This document shows, in pieces, positions 10,240 through 21,758 of a stretch of DNA of 64,000 nt (positions are counted from its first letter, which is position 1; the number at the start of each line of letters is the position of its first letter). Both the position numbers and the translations under genes were made by a program. The notes beneath the pieces were generated by a model. The model was not told where the DNA came from. It did no database searches and worked only from the letters and a program-made list of their open reading frames with translations. The stretch comes from Hyaloraphidium curvatum SAG 235-1 (lineage: Eukaryota; Fungi; Monoblepharomycota), in assembly GCA_025558095.1 (NCBI GenBank), contig JAIVFI010000018.1, positions 310,001-374,000 on the forward strand, written 5' to 3'.

Positions 10240-12240
10240 TCAAACACCGTGGTTGATCGCAATCGTCTTGGTCACCGTGAACCCGTCCAGCGCCTCGAAG
10301 CCCTTCTCGCGCCCGTACCCGCTGCGCTTGTAGCCTGAAAGAGAATGCGGGTCAGTCCGAGCGGGCAACAAGCTAGCTGGACGGCTTACCGCCAAAGGGA
10401 AGCTCCACACCGCCGCCTGCTCCGTAGTTGTTGCTTCGCGATAGTTGGCGGCGGTCAGCACTCGCAGTACCACTGCAAGCCCAGATCAGGAACCCACATG
10501 AAGACCTGCCCCGTCCGAATCTTCCTCGCCATCCGCATCTGCCTCCCCCCGTCCTTGGTCCACACGCTCGACACGAGGCCGTACTCGGTCGCGTTGGCCA
10601 GCCGCACAGCGTCCTCCTCGGTCTCGAAACGGGTGCAAACCAAAATGGGTCCAAAGAGCTCGGCCGAGAACACCTCGTCGCCCGGCTTGACGTCCCCAAT
10701 CACCATCGGGGCCTGGTAGTAACCCCCTTTCGGCGCCTGGGCCACCACCTCCCCCTTGCCGAGCACCTTGAGCCCCTCCTTCTCGGCCTTGCCGAGGAAC
10801 CCCTGCACGCGCTGCAGCTGCTTGGAGCTGATGATGCAGCCGACGTCGAGGTCCTGCTCCCAGCTCCCGCAGCGCAGCTTGGCGAAGCGCTCCGAGACCA
10901 GCGAGACCACGCGGTCGTAGATGCCCGACTGGACGAGGAGGCGCGAACCGGCAGAGCAGCTAATAGATCGAGCGTTAGGCAAAGCATTAACTAAGCGTGG
11001 AGAGCACGCACGTCTGGCCGCAGTTCTGGATGATGGCGTTGACGAGGAAGGGGAGAGCCGAGTCGAGGTCCGCATCATCAAAGACGATCTGCGGGCTCTT
11101 GCCGCCCAGCTCCATCTGCAGACGCCGATCATGATCATGCGAGTCGAGCGAGCATCGGTAACCACGAACCGTGCTTGGCCTGTTGTTCACCGCGGCCGCC
11201 TGCGCCACCAGCGTGCCCGTCTGCGGCGATCCCGTGAAGCTGATGTGGTCGATGTCCGGGTGCGCCGCGAGGGCCGCCCCGGCCTCGGCACCGTAGCCCG
11301 TGACGATGTTGAGCGCGCCGGGCGGGAAGCCGACCTCCTTGGCGAGCACTGCCACGCGGAGGATCGACTGGCAGGCGTCCTCGGCAGGCTTGACGACCGT
11401 GGCGTTGCCGACCGCGAGAGCAGCAGCAACGGAGCGGCCAAAGATTTGCGCAGGGTAGTTCCACGCTGGGACAAAGTGTCAGGATTCGGGACCACAAGCA
11501 CAGAGGCAACTGAAACCTACGAATGATATGCCCGGTGACGCCGTGCGGCTCCTTCAGGGTCATGACCGTGTATCCCTGCATGAAGGGAATCGTCGTGCCG
11601 TGGTGCTTGTCCGCAGCCCCGCCGTAGAACTCCAGGTAGCGCGCGAGGGCGGTGATGTCCGCCTTGGCCTGCTTCATGGGCTTGCCCGTGTCCCTGGCCT
11701 CCAGCACCGAGAGCTCCTCGTGGTGCTCGAGCACCTTCTGGCCCCACTTGGCCAGGAGCCGCCCGCGCTCGACCGCCGTGAGCTTGCCCCAGGCGCCGCG
11801 CTCGAACGCCTCGCGGGCCGCCCGCACCGCCTCGTCGATGTCCGCCTTGTTGCCGCGGGCAATCTTGCCCCATTCAGTGCCGTCGGAGGGGCAGATGACG
11901 GGGATCGTATCTTTGGAGGAGCTGCCGGGAGCATGCAGCGGTGAGGTGGCGATCGTTCTTTCGGACTTGTGGCCTCCCACCTCGGCTTCCACTCGTTGTT
12001 GATGAAGAGCTGGTCAAAGGCGCCGGAGATGGCCGCATGGCCCTGGCCGTTTTCTCCCGAAGGCATGTTTGCTTTGCGGGATGTGGCAAGACTCCGGTGC
12101 GGTTGGGGGACAGCCCGTGGGATAACAGCGGGCGCTATGGGACGTGAAGCGAGGGCGGCAGCCGGCCGGAACGAGACTGCCGATGCGAATCTGGCGCTGA
12201 AAAATACGGTCCGGCGGCAGCAGGTGCGGGCTGCCAGCAT
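10240..12240 (-). CDS. NAD-dependent aldehyde dehydrogenase, multi-exon, with possible mitochondrial presequence (alternative ATG at 12066)
   Basis: Motifs PWNYP, VKPAE, SFTGS, MELGGKSP, QNCGQTCSAGSR, ELFGP, YGL and PFGGYKRSGYGREKG, spread across exons separated by GT-AG introns. Confidence 0.92.
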
Positions 12241-12308
12241 GCGTTTCACCTTGAGAAAGTGCGGGTCGATCACCCTCCCGGGTTTTCCTCCCCCACTTCC
12301 CCAGTCTG

Positions 12309-13457
12309 ATGGCGGACGCGGACGAGCTGGGCGACGCGAGCCCCGACCGCAAGCGGTCGTACCACGAAGACGACGAGCCTGACCCGGACGCGGCGCGCCA
12401 CAAGCGGCAGGCGCGCGGCGACGACGCGCCCGCCGAGACCGACATGGCCGTCGACGCGCCGGCCGAGACCGACGACGGCGACGCCGCCGAGGACGCCGAC
12501 CGCTCCCGCAGCCGCAGCAGGAGCCGCGACGGCGACGGCGGCGAGGACGGCCCGGACCCGCTCGTGACCATGCGCGCGCTCATCTCCACGAAGGAGGCCG
12601 GCGTGGTCATCGGCCGCTCCGGCAAAAACATCAACGACGTGCGCGACCAGTCGGGCGCAAAGGTCAACGTGTCGGAGCAGGTGCCCGGCGCGGGCGAGCG
12701 CGTGGTCACCGTCTCGGGCCCGCTGCGCAACGTCGCCAAGGCCTTCTCGCTCGTGGTGCAGAAGGTCGCCGAGGAGCAGATCAACGACGAGCTGCGCGCC
12801 AACGTCGCCGGCGTCAACGAGGACATAAAGACGCGGCACTGCACCATCCGCCTGCTGGTGCCGCACGCCCGCATGGGCGGCGTGATCGGCAAGCAGGGCT
12901 CCAAGATCAAGGACATCCAAGACCGCTCTGGCTGCCGCATCTCGGCGTCCGAGGAGATCCTGCCCAACTCGTCCGAGCGCCTGGTCACGCTCTCGGGGGT
13001 CCCGGACGCGATCCACATCGCCTCGTACCACATCGGCAGCGTCGTTCACGACGGCGACGGGCGCGCCGCGCAGGCCACCATCCTGTACCGCCCTACCGCC
13101 TCGCGCGGGTCCTCGTACGGGGACTCGTCGTACAGCGGCAGGTCCTCGCACAGGGACCACTCCTCGGGCCAGTCCTACTCCTCCTCCTCGCGCACGGCCC
13201 CGGCGCCTTCGGGCAGCTCGCTGGCCACGCAGCAGATCTTCATCCCAAACGACATGGTCGGGGCCATCATTGGCAAGGGCGGCAGCAAGATCAACGAGAT
13301 CCGGCAGCAATCGGGTTGCCAGATCAAGATCGCGGACTCGCAGGACAATGCGGCGGAGCGCCTCGTGACCATCACGGGCAGCAACGATGCCGTGCAGATG
13401 GCGCTGTACCTGCTGTACTCGCGCATGGAGGCGGAGAAGCAGAGGCAGTCGGAGTGA
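12309..13457 (+). CDS. Triple KH-domain RNA-binding protein (PCBP/hnRNP K; Pbp2/Hek2/Rnc1-like)
   Basis: Three KH GxxG loops (VIGRSGKNI, VIGKQGSKI, IIGKGGSKI) in an intronless ORF. Confidence 0.92.
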   Translation: MADADELGDASPDRKRSYHEDDEPDPDAARHKRQARGDDAPAETDMAVDAPAETDDGDAAEDADRSRSRSRSRDGDGGEDGPDPLVTMRALISTKEAGVVIGRSGKNINDVRDQSGAKVNVSEQVPGAGERVVTVSGPLRNVAKAFSLVVQKVAEEQINDELRANVAGVNEDIKTRHCTIRLLVPHARMGGVIGKQGSKIKDIQDRSGCRISASEEILPNSSERLVTLSGVPDAIHIASYHIGSVVHDGDGRAAQATILYRPTASRGSSYGDSSYSGRSSHRDHSSGQSYSSSSRTAPAPSGSSLATQQIFIPNDMVGAIIGKGGSKINEIRQQSGCQIKIADSQDNAAERLVTITGSNDAVQMALYLLYSRMEAEKQRQSE

Positions 13458-13639
13458 CGAAAGGTAGCACGGCCGGCGAGCGCAGCTGCGGCAGGTTGAG
13501 GTGGCCATAGTCAATCTCTTTCCCCTCCTAGAGAGGCACTACAAGGTATTGCACGGCCCCTGATCCGCCGCCGCCCCGTCTCCATGCCGGGCTCGTCCGT
13601 CTATGAGTCAGTTTAAATAGATAGGGGGGCATCGTCCGT

Positions 13640-15234
13640 TTACGAGTGGTTGTCGTTCAGCTTGACCATCTCGATGTCGGCCTTGACCATCTCCTCGACG
13701 AGTCCCTGTTGTGGTGTCAGCGACTGCGCTACCGCCGCCCCCTAAACGGCAAGCCCACCTCGAACGTGACCTTGGGCTCCCACTTGAGCACCTTCTTGGC
13801 CTTCGTGGGGTCGCCGAGCAGCAGCTCGACCTCGGCGGGGCGGTAGTACTTGGGGTCAACGCGGACGCGGACCTTGCCGGTCTTGACGTCCTTGCCGATC
13901 TCCTCCTCGTCCTTGCCCTCCCAGCTGGCCCGCTCGTCAGCCCCAGAACGCCAAGTACCGCAAAGACGGGACACCCACGTGATGTCGACGCCGACGACCT
14001 TGAACGCCTTCTCAACAAACTCGCGCACAGCGTGGGTCTCGCCCGTCGCCAGCACAAAGTCGTCGGGGGTCTCCTGCTGCAGGATCATCCACATGCCCTC
14101 GACGTAGTCCCGCGCGTGGCCCCAGTCGCGCTTGGCGTCCAGGTTGCCGAGGTAGATGCAGTCCTGCTTGCCGAGGTGGATGTTGGCCACGGCCCGCGTG
14201 ATCTTGCGGGTGACGAAGGTCTGCCCGCGGCGGGGGGACTCGTGGTTGAAGAGGATCCCGTTGCAGGCGTACATGTCGTACGACTCGCGGTAGTTGACGA
14301 CGATCCAGTAGCCGTACAGCTTGGCGACACCTGGAAAGCGCAGATCAGCGGTGTGCCGGCCTGATTGGCTGTGCTGACGGACCGTAGGGCGAGCGGGGGT
14401 AGAAGGGCGTGGTCTCCTTCTGCGGCGTCTCCACGACCTTGCCGTAAAGCTCCGACGTGCTAGCCTGGTAGAATTTGACCTTGCTGGAGAGCCCGCAGGT
14501 CCGGATGGCGTCCAGGAGGCGGAGGGTGCCGACGGCGTCGACCTGAGCGGTGCTGTTGGCGACCGAGAATCAGGAGGGTCGGCTGGCGGCTGGCGCGCTG
14601 GAGTTCCGTTACCCACTACTCGGCCATGTCGAACGACACCTTGACGTGGGACTGGGCGCCGAGGTTGTACACCTGGCAGAAGAGCGTGAGATTGGGGTGC
14701 CGCGGCACGTGACGGCCAAACACACCTCAGTCGGCTGAACCTTCGACACGATGTGAACCAGGGTCGTCGAATCAGTCAGGTCGCCGTAGTGGAGAATCTG
14801 GGGGGCAGCGTGAGCACGAGGGAAGCCGATCTGGGGCGTCCAGACACCGCACCATCTTGGGCCCTGGGGACGACGGGGATCAATGTCAGTTTCCGGCAAC
14901 AGAAACGGCCCTGCTGCCAAACCCACTCTCGTGCTGATCTCGGTAGAGGTGCTCGATCCGGCCGGTGTTGAAGGACGACGACCGGCGGATGATGCCGTGC
15001 ACGGTGTACCCCTTTGCCAGGAGGAACTCGGTGAGGTACGACCCGTCCTGCCCGGTGATGCCTGAGCCGCGGGGGCGAGGAAAAAACATTGGGATGCGGG
15101 GCGTCAGAAGTGGTTGCTTGGGCCCGGTAGCTGCCCAGCCCACCCGAGATGAGGGCGACCTTCCTGCTCTTCCACTCCTCGTCGGTGACGACTGCGGACG
15201 GCATTGCCGGCGACGGCGGGGCCAGGCTCGACAT
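13640..15234 (-). CDS. GMD: GDP-mannose 4,6-dehydratase
   Basis: Motifs [76 protein letters not shown] and [13 protein letters not shown] across several GT-AG introns. Stop TAA at 13640. Confidence 0.95.
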
Positions 15235-15728
15235 TGCGGGCTGGTGGGCGATTGCGGTGCCGAGAGCGACGAGGAAAGACGTGCGTTTGGCGGAGGGAGC
15301 GGCGGGACGGTGGCGGGGAGGGATAGCGGGATAGGCGACGTGTGAATCACGGGCCGAGAGAACGGCGGCCCGGGTGCCGCGCCGTGCCCGCCGATGCGTC
15401 CGCGCAGGCGCACGGCTGCAGCCGCGGCGGCGCACCCGGCGGGGCGCTGTGGGAAATGCGCGCGGCCGCGATAAACAGAGGGACCGACCTCGCGGGGCTC
15501 GGTGGGCGGCGCGGTGGGGCGACGGCGGGCGGGGATCGGCCGTGCGCGGGCGGGCGCGGTCGAATGCGGTGCGCCGAGGCGGTGCCGGGTCGGCTGTTTG
15601 GTCGGCGGCGGTTTGTTGGTCGGGGACGCGATTGGGCCTCTGCTGCGGCGCGCGACGGCTGACTGGCTGGCGCTCCCCGCCTGAGTTCACCTCCAACCAG
15701 CCACACCGCGTCCCGATCCGATTTGGGA

Positions 15729-17101
15729 ATGGCCGGGGCCGGCGATGACGATGTCGACGTGTCTCTCCAATCGCTGCCCCGCGAGCTGGTGCTCCGCATC
15801 GCCGAGCAGCTCGTCGGCGCGCCGGTCCGCGGTCTCCATCCCTCCTCCTTGCCGCGCGACGTGCTGCACCTTGCAGCCACCTGCAGGCGATTGATATGGC
15901 TGGCATTGGATCCCGTGCTGTGGAAGCGCATCTACGGGCTGGCTTTCTCGCCTCCGGAGGAACGCCCGATCGATGGCCCGACCAACTCGATCGCGTCCTC
16001 GAACGCCGTCGCGTGGGCAGAGCTCTATCGGACGCGCGTGAACCTCATGGCCACCTCGATCAACATCCTCGTGCCCTTCAACCTCGGCGATGAACGCACT
16101 TCCTTCTCCAACGTGAGTGCGGCGCTCCATGCCGCGTTCGCTGCCGGCGACGACGGCCGCAGCGGCCGCGCCCTGGCGAGCGACCGCAAGCTCGTGGCCT
16201 CATTGCTGGACGCTGCGGCCGCAGTTCTTGAGGAGGTTTCGTTCCTCCGGCGCCTGAGGCATCCGCCTCCTCTGCCGCGAGACTATGCCTGGCAGCTGCT
16301 CCAGCTCCTAACAGGCGCGTGCATTCAAGGTGATCAACACCGCTCTGTTGATTGCCTTGAATTTAATCTCTTTCTGTTTGTCCGGCAGACCGCGAAGTGG
16401 CCAAGAGCGCCATGCAATCACGCCTCTGGCCAGTTCTCCGCCGCTTCGTCGGCGCCTCCGTCTCCCCCACCGCCCTCACCCCTACCGAAGACGACTGCCT
16501 GGACGCCATCTTCGTCTCTGCCGCCGCGCTCTACATCGTCGCCCACGTCTCGTCCCTTACCGTCGCCGCCTGCACCCTGCCGATCCCGCGGGATCCAGCG
16601 CCCGGCCCTCCTGCCCCGCCCGCGGCGCACGACGCCCGTCCCTGCAGGAAACACCTCCCCGCCGCCATCCACGAGCTCTCGCAGCCGGACAGGTCCTGGA
16701 GCGGGTACTACTCGTATTCGCTCGATCCCGTCTGGGACGGCGCCGCAGAGGCCCAGGGTCTTGGCCCGTGGGAGCAGTTCGACGGCCCCATGCTGGACAT
16801 ACGGAGCGCCGATGACATACCCCCGGCGCCGGGCCGGCTGCTCCGGATCGACAGGCACGGGCGCGACGCGATCGACGGCTTCTCGATGCGCGGGACAATC
16901 AATTCCGATACGGGCAAGGCTTACCTGCTGAAGCGGTACGATACGCAGGGACATGGGTGGAGCTATATTGGCTTTGCGACCCGGATGGGGCCGAGGCACG
17001 CGGTCGCCGGGTTCTGGTTCCCGGTCGGGTTCGAGGGTCTGCTGGAGGACGAGGAAGAGTGGGAAGGAAATTGCGGGCCTTTCCTGCTCTGGGCAGAGTA
17101 G
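15729..17101 (+). CDS. F-box protein
   Basis: F-box LQSLPRELVLRIAEQL...LAATCRRL...DPVLWKRIY. A phase-1 intron at about 16330-16388 joins ORF 16397..17101, whose beta-rich C-domain reads GRDAIDGFSMRG...KRYD...WSYIG...GPFLLW. Confidence 0.75.
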
Positions 17102-17396
17102 GGCAAATGCCATCCACGATGCACTGTACTCTGGATGGTTGACTCTTGACATTGTTGACTTTTGTTTTTCTCCCGCCTAGACTTCATTCACTTGACCGTT
17201 TCGGACCGAAAAACCGCCATCCGACACACCGGACGGCCTCCCGCAATGATGATGTTCGCCCCCGAAATGTCGGCCGACCATGCGGTCACCCTAGACGGCC
17301 AACTCAGATAGGTGGGCGGGTTCGCTCGCGAACGCCTGGAAGCGCGCTGCCCACCGGACGACGGAGCCGACTAAAGCTCCGCCGGCCGGGCAGGCG

Positions 17397-17405
17397 TATA
17401 AAAAG
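17397..17405 (+). promoter_or_regulatory. TATA-like box (TATAAAAAG) in an AT-rich patch
   Basis: About 150 bp upstream of the ATG at 17556. Confidence 0.4.
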
Positions 17406-17555
17406 CGTCCTTAATTGGATAATTGAGGTGTAATCAATAGAAATGAATTGAATAACTTCTAGGGAAAGGATTTCTTGCACGAGGAGCGCGCTGTTTGTTG
17501 CGGGCGCGGCCGGGGACAGCAGTTGAGGAGGCGTTGAGGGATCAGGCCTGCAACG

Positions 17556-18803
17556 ATGGCGGACGAATCATCCCTCTCGGTGCTCATCTTGACCTACAAC
17601 GTGGCCGCGAAGCCTCTTTCGGACTCACTTGTCGAAGCTCTGACGTCGGACGCGCCCCCGGACCTCGTCTGCATATCTGTGCAGGAGTTTTGCCCCGTTG
17701 CGGACATGTTCCTGCCCTGGCAGGACGCCTCCGATCGGGTGGAGGCCTGGGCGCGCGCCGTGTCCTCGGCCCTGGCGACAAGCTACGGTCCTCGGCGCTG
17801 CGACTACGAGCGCCTCGCGGCGCGGAGCCTGGGAGGCGTCCTCCACATAGTCTTTGGACGGATCGGCCTCGCGGTGCGGTCGATCGCGACGGACGCGTTC
17901 GGGATCGGTCCCCTGTGGCTGCCGAACAAGGCCATGGTGTCGTCTCGGATAACCCTGGATGCCGCGGACGGGACGCGGCTTGCGCTGACTTTCGTCGCGG
18001 CTCACCTGGAACCGCATCCCGGGGGCTACCATTTGCGGACGCGGAACCGCCAGGTCACGCACGACCTTTTCGAGCGGACTTTGTTCCTGGTGCCCGATGC
18101 CGTCGACGCCGACTCGCTTTCGTCGACGACCCCGCTCTTGGGAGGACAGACGGCACTGACCATCTGGGACTCGGATGCCGTCTTCCTGGCCGGCGATTTC
18201 AACTACCGCATCCGCCTGCCGCGGCCCGAGACGCTGGCCGAAATCCAGTCAGAGCGCTTCCAGAAGCTCGTGGCCGACGGCGACGAGTTGACTGCTGCCA
18301 AGCAGGAGCCCTCGCACGGGCTGCACCCTTTCTTCGAGCGGGACATTTCTTGGCCGCCATCGTACAAGTACAAGGGTGCCACCGAATTCTCCAAGCTTCG
18401 GACACCGTCCTACACGGACCGCATCCTCTTTTCTTACCATCACCCGCATGATCAGACAGAGACCTTGAGGGAAGCTTACCGGTCGGAAGCCCAACCAGCG
18501 AACCCGGACATGCCGGTCCTCGTTCGCGCGTACCGAAGCTTCATGGGCTACAACAAGAGCGACCACAAGCCCGTGCGGGCCGAGTTCACGGTCCGGCCCA
18601 AAGCACTGGCGTCGCGGGCCAGGACCTTCGCCACCACGACGGATCCCTGGCGGGAAATCAAGGCGTGGATCGGGATCCGGCTGCTGGCCCCGCCGATCGG
18701 CGTCGTGCTTCACGTTCCGGACCGTCCGGTCACCGCGCTCGCAGTCCTTTGCACAGCAGCCGCCGCAGTTTACGTAGCCCTCTGGTCGTGGGGCAAGCTT
18801 TGA
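17556..18803 (+). CDS. Inositol polyphosphate 5-phosphatase with C-terminal membrane anchor (Inp54-like)
   Basis: Motifs LTYNV, ISVQE, NKAMV, FVAAHL, FLAGDFNYRI, PPSYKY, RTPSYTDRIL and SDHKPV, followed by a hydrophobic tail. Confidence 0.9.
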   Translation: MADESSLSVLILTYNVAAKPLSDSLVEALTSDAPPDLVCISVQEFCPVADMFLPWQDASDRVEAWARAVSSALATSYGPRRCDYERLAARSLGGVLHIVFGRIGLAVRSIATDAFGIGPLWLPNKAMVSSRITLDAADGTRLALTFVAAHLEPHPGGYHLRTRNRQVTHDLFERTLFLVPDAVDADSLSSTTPLLGGQTALTIWDSDAVFLAGDFNYRIRLPRPETLAEIQSERFQKLVADGDELTAAKQEPSHGLHPFFERDISWPPSYKYKGATEFSKLRTPSYTDRILFSYHHPHDQTETLREAYRSEAQPANPDMPVLVRAYRSFMGYNKSDHKPVRAEFTVRPKALASRARTFATTTDPWREIKAWIGIRLLAPPIGVVLHVPDRPVTALAVLCTAAAAVYVALWSWGKL

Positions 18804-18806
18804 CAT

Positions 18807-20598
18807 TTAGTAGACTGGGAATGTCGGGTCGAACTCCGCCCATCCAACGTAGCCATCGCGGATGTCAAAGACCTTGTCCAGGCCACGGTTGCGCAGCATC
18901 TCAACTGCACGCTGGGAATCGTTGCCTCTCCTGCAGATCACATACACTGCATGCCCGTCAGTGTAACCAACCGCAAGTCCTGGGCAACCGCACTCACCCG
19001 GCTGGTGTCCTTGGTCGCTTGATTCTGCTGCTGCAACAACCTCGTCGAGCCGCGTCTCGAGTTCGGCGAAAGGAATATCTTGAGTGGTAAGGATGTTGTC
19101 AGCGCATCAGATTTCACGGTGCTCTTCCCGAAAACACACTCAAAGCGCCTTCGAACCCGCAAATGTCCAGCTGGACCCGGTCCCGAGTGTCAATCAGCAC
19201 ATGGCCAAGGCCCTGGGCGCGGATCTCAGCGTAATGCCGGCTCGATACGCGCAGTTCGGGCGGAAGCAGGTCCAAAGTCTCGTCCTTGTCCGTCGCCGCC
19301 CTCCCGCAGAAGGCGACATAATCCTGGAGCTGGGCAATGGTAGGATTGTCTCCACAGACCGCACATTCCGTCCGCCGAGGCCGGAGCTTCACTGTTCTGA
19401 ATGTTCCCTCAACGCCGTCGAATAGCAGCATCTTTCCCTGAAAAGAAGCTGCAAAGCGCCCGAATGAACGTGGTTCGACATGACGACGACTACAGTTGCC
19501 GACTTACAATCCATTCCAGTGATGATCTTGATGGCCTCAAGTGCCTGCAAGCAACCGATGACGCCCGTCACTGTTCCGCAGATATAAGTTTGGATCTCCA
19601 CTTCGACAACGGCACATACCAGGTCCAACGACACCGCCATCGCTGCAATTAGTCACCGTTTCCGGAGGCGGCGGTTTCGGGAAGATGCAACGATAGCACG
19701 GTCCCTTACCTCTTTCGTAGACGGAAAGCTGGGGCAGACTGTCGGCCATATTACCACAGCAGGGGATGCGCAAGACCTGCCTGTCCGTCGAACCTCAAAG
19801 CACTGCCAGACACCAAAGGCTTACCCAGCAGAATGCAGGCGTCGTTCAGCAGGTACCTCGTTGCGACATTGTCACTGGCGTCGAGCAAGATGTCGTAGCT
19901 GGAATGTCAATGTGAGAAAGGGAAGTTATCCGGAAGGTGCATTCTACAAACTCTTTCACGATGTCCAAAGCATTGGTGCTGTCAATCACAAGGTCGTACG
20001 TGCTGCAGCGGCAAGTGGAGTTCAAGCTGATATCCACATAAGCAAGCAGTTGTTCATGGAAACCAAGAGACTGACCTCCGAATGGTTTGCCGAGCTGACT
20101 CCACTTTCGACGTCCCTATCCGATCCTCCGTGTGAATGACTTGTCGATGCAGGTTGCTGACGTCGATCGTGTCGTGCTCAACGATCCCAAGCGTGCCTGG
20201 TGAGGAACCATTGTGGCACTGTGCTCCGCCGAAATGCGTTTGGTGGAGCCCACCAATGCCGGCAGCAGCGAGATAGAGCGCGGCAGGCGAGCCGAGTCCG
20301 CCGGCGCCAACCACCAAGACCTTGGCGTTCGCCAGAGCCAATTGGCCTGTCAGGAGGACACCAGCATGAAACGATGCTTGTAAAGACTCAAGAATGAGGC
20401 ACCTTTCATTCCGATCTCGGGCAGCAGGAGCTGCCGACTGAACCTCCGGATCTGGTCCGTGCTCAGCCGCGTGCTGGGCTCCTCACGCCCATTTGGGAGC
20501 TGCTGGGAGGTTTCTCTCGGTGTTGCATCGGCTAGCTGCTCCTTCAGCCTCTGGTTCTCTAGCTTCAATCGCTCGAGCTCCGCAAGGAGCGCGTCCAT
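18807..20598 (-). CDS. UBA4: Adenylyltransferase/sulfurtransferase MOCS3/Uba4
   Basis: Motifs [41 protein letters not shown] and [10 protein letters not shown], a CAVC zinc site, and a C-terminal rhodanese domain ending DPTFPVY* (TAA 18807). Many introns. Confidence 0.93.
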
Positions 20599-20657
20599 GT
20601 TGTTGCTGCTTGTTTAGTACCGCCTCTCAGAGCTCGGACGGCTGCCTCCGCGTCCCG

Positions 20658-21686
20658 ATGAGCCGCGGAGGGTACCGCGATCGCGGTGGGAAACCCGGTG
20701 GCGACGATTGGTCTTGTCCTGGATGCGGTCGTGAGTTGGCTTACGACGCGTCCGCGGTGTCTTGCCCGGCCCTGACGCGTGTTCGCGAGCAAGACTCGAA
20801 CTTCCAGAGGCGGAACCAATGCCAGAAGTGCTCCGAGCCAAAGCCCGCTGGACCCGGGATAAAGGCCGGAGAGCTTGGACGCGACGCTTCGCACTTCGGT
20901 CGCCAGTTTTCCGAGAAAGATTGGCGGTGTTCGGGATGCGGGAACGTCAACTACGCCCGCCGAGAGAGGTGTGAGGCTCCGGAACATGACTCTGGCCTGT
21001 GCCGACCCCGCTGCAGATGTAATGTGTGCAGCAACCCGGGACCCAAGCTGCAGGCTCAAATCGGATCGAGGGAAGGCTTCGGAGGCGGTTTCCGAGACCG
21101 CGAAGACGTCGTCGAGTACAAGAGGGACAGACGGCAGTCCGACGACGAATGGGACGAGTTCGGCAGACGGAAGAAGAAGCCCTCGGATTCGCGAAAAGCG
21201 AGAGACGATAATGGCGGCGGGGCCCCGGACCGCGCACAACAGGCCAAGGGCGACGACACCGGCGGGAAGGAGGACGACGACGATGACGGGGACGACGGAC
21301 GCTACAGTGCTTGGAAGGATCTGCTCGATGAAGAGGACGGCGGGGGGAAGGACACGTCTCCCAAGAAGCCGGATTCGGACAAGCCTCATACCTCCGAATC
21401 TCGGAGATCGCGATCGCCGGAGAGAACAAGAGGGAACGATTCGCAGAGAAGATCGAGTCGGGACGACCACAGTGGCCGCCGAAGCCCAGATCGGCGTCGT
21501 CCGCGAAGCAGGGAGCGCAGTCGCGACCGGCGGCGAGACTCGCGGGATCGGGATGGTTTCCGGGGCGGCAGACCGCTTTCGCGGGACAGATCTCGGGACT
21601 ATGATCGGCGTGCAGACGAAAGACGCCGGAGCCCATACCGCCGGCGGTCCAGATCGCGGTCGAGGTCACCGGGGCATAGGCGATGA
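20658..21686 (+). CDS. ZRANB2: RanBP2 zinc-finger RS-domain splicing factor (ZRANB2-like)
   Basis: Two WxCxxC...N...RR..CxxC fingers, then REGFGGGF..RE.VEY and DEWDEFGRRKKK motifs and an RS/RD-rich tail. Two short in-frame introns. Confidence 0.85.
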   Translation: MSRGGYRDRGGKPGGDDWSCPGCGRELAYDASAVSCPALTRVREQDSNFQRRNQCQKCSEPKPAGPGIKAGELGRDASHFGRQFSEKDWRCSGCGNVNYARRERCEAPEHDSGLCRPRCRCNVCSNPGPKLQAQIGSREGFGGGFRDREDVVEYKRDRRQSDDEWDEFGRRKKKPSDSRKARDDNGGGAPDRAQQAKGDDTGGKEDDDDDGDDGRYSAWKDLLDEEDGGGKDTSPKKPDSDKPHTSESRRSRSPERTRGNDSQRRSSRDDHSGRRSPDRRRPRSRERSRDRRRDSRDRDGFRGGRPLSRDRSRDYDRRADERRRSPYRRRSRSRSRSPGHRR

Positions 21687-21758
21687 ATCGAGAATCGTGA
21701 TTGAATGGTATCTACAGTGCTGGGTATAACAATTGCAGATCAATGCTTGGCGTCGAGT

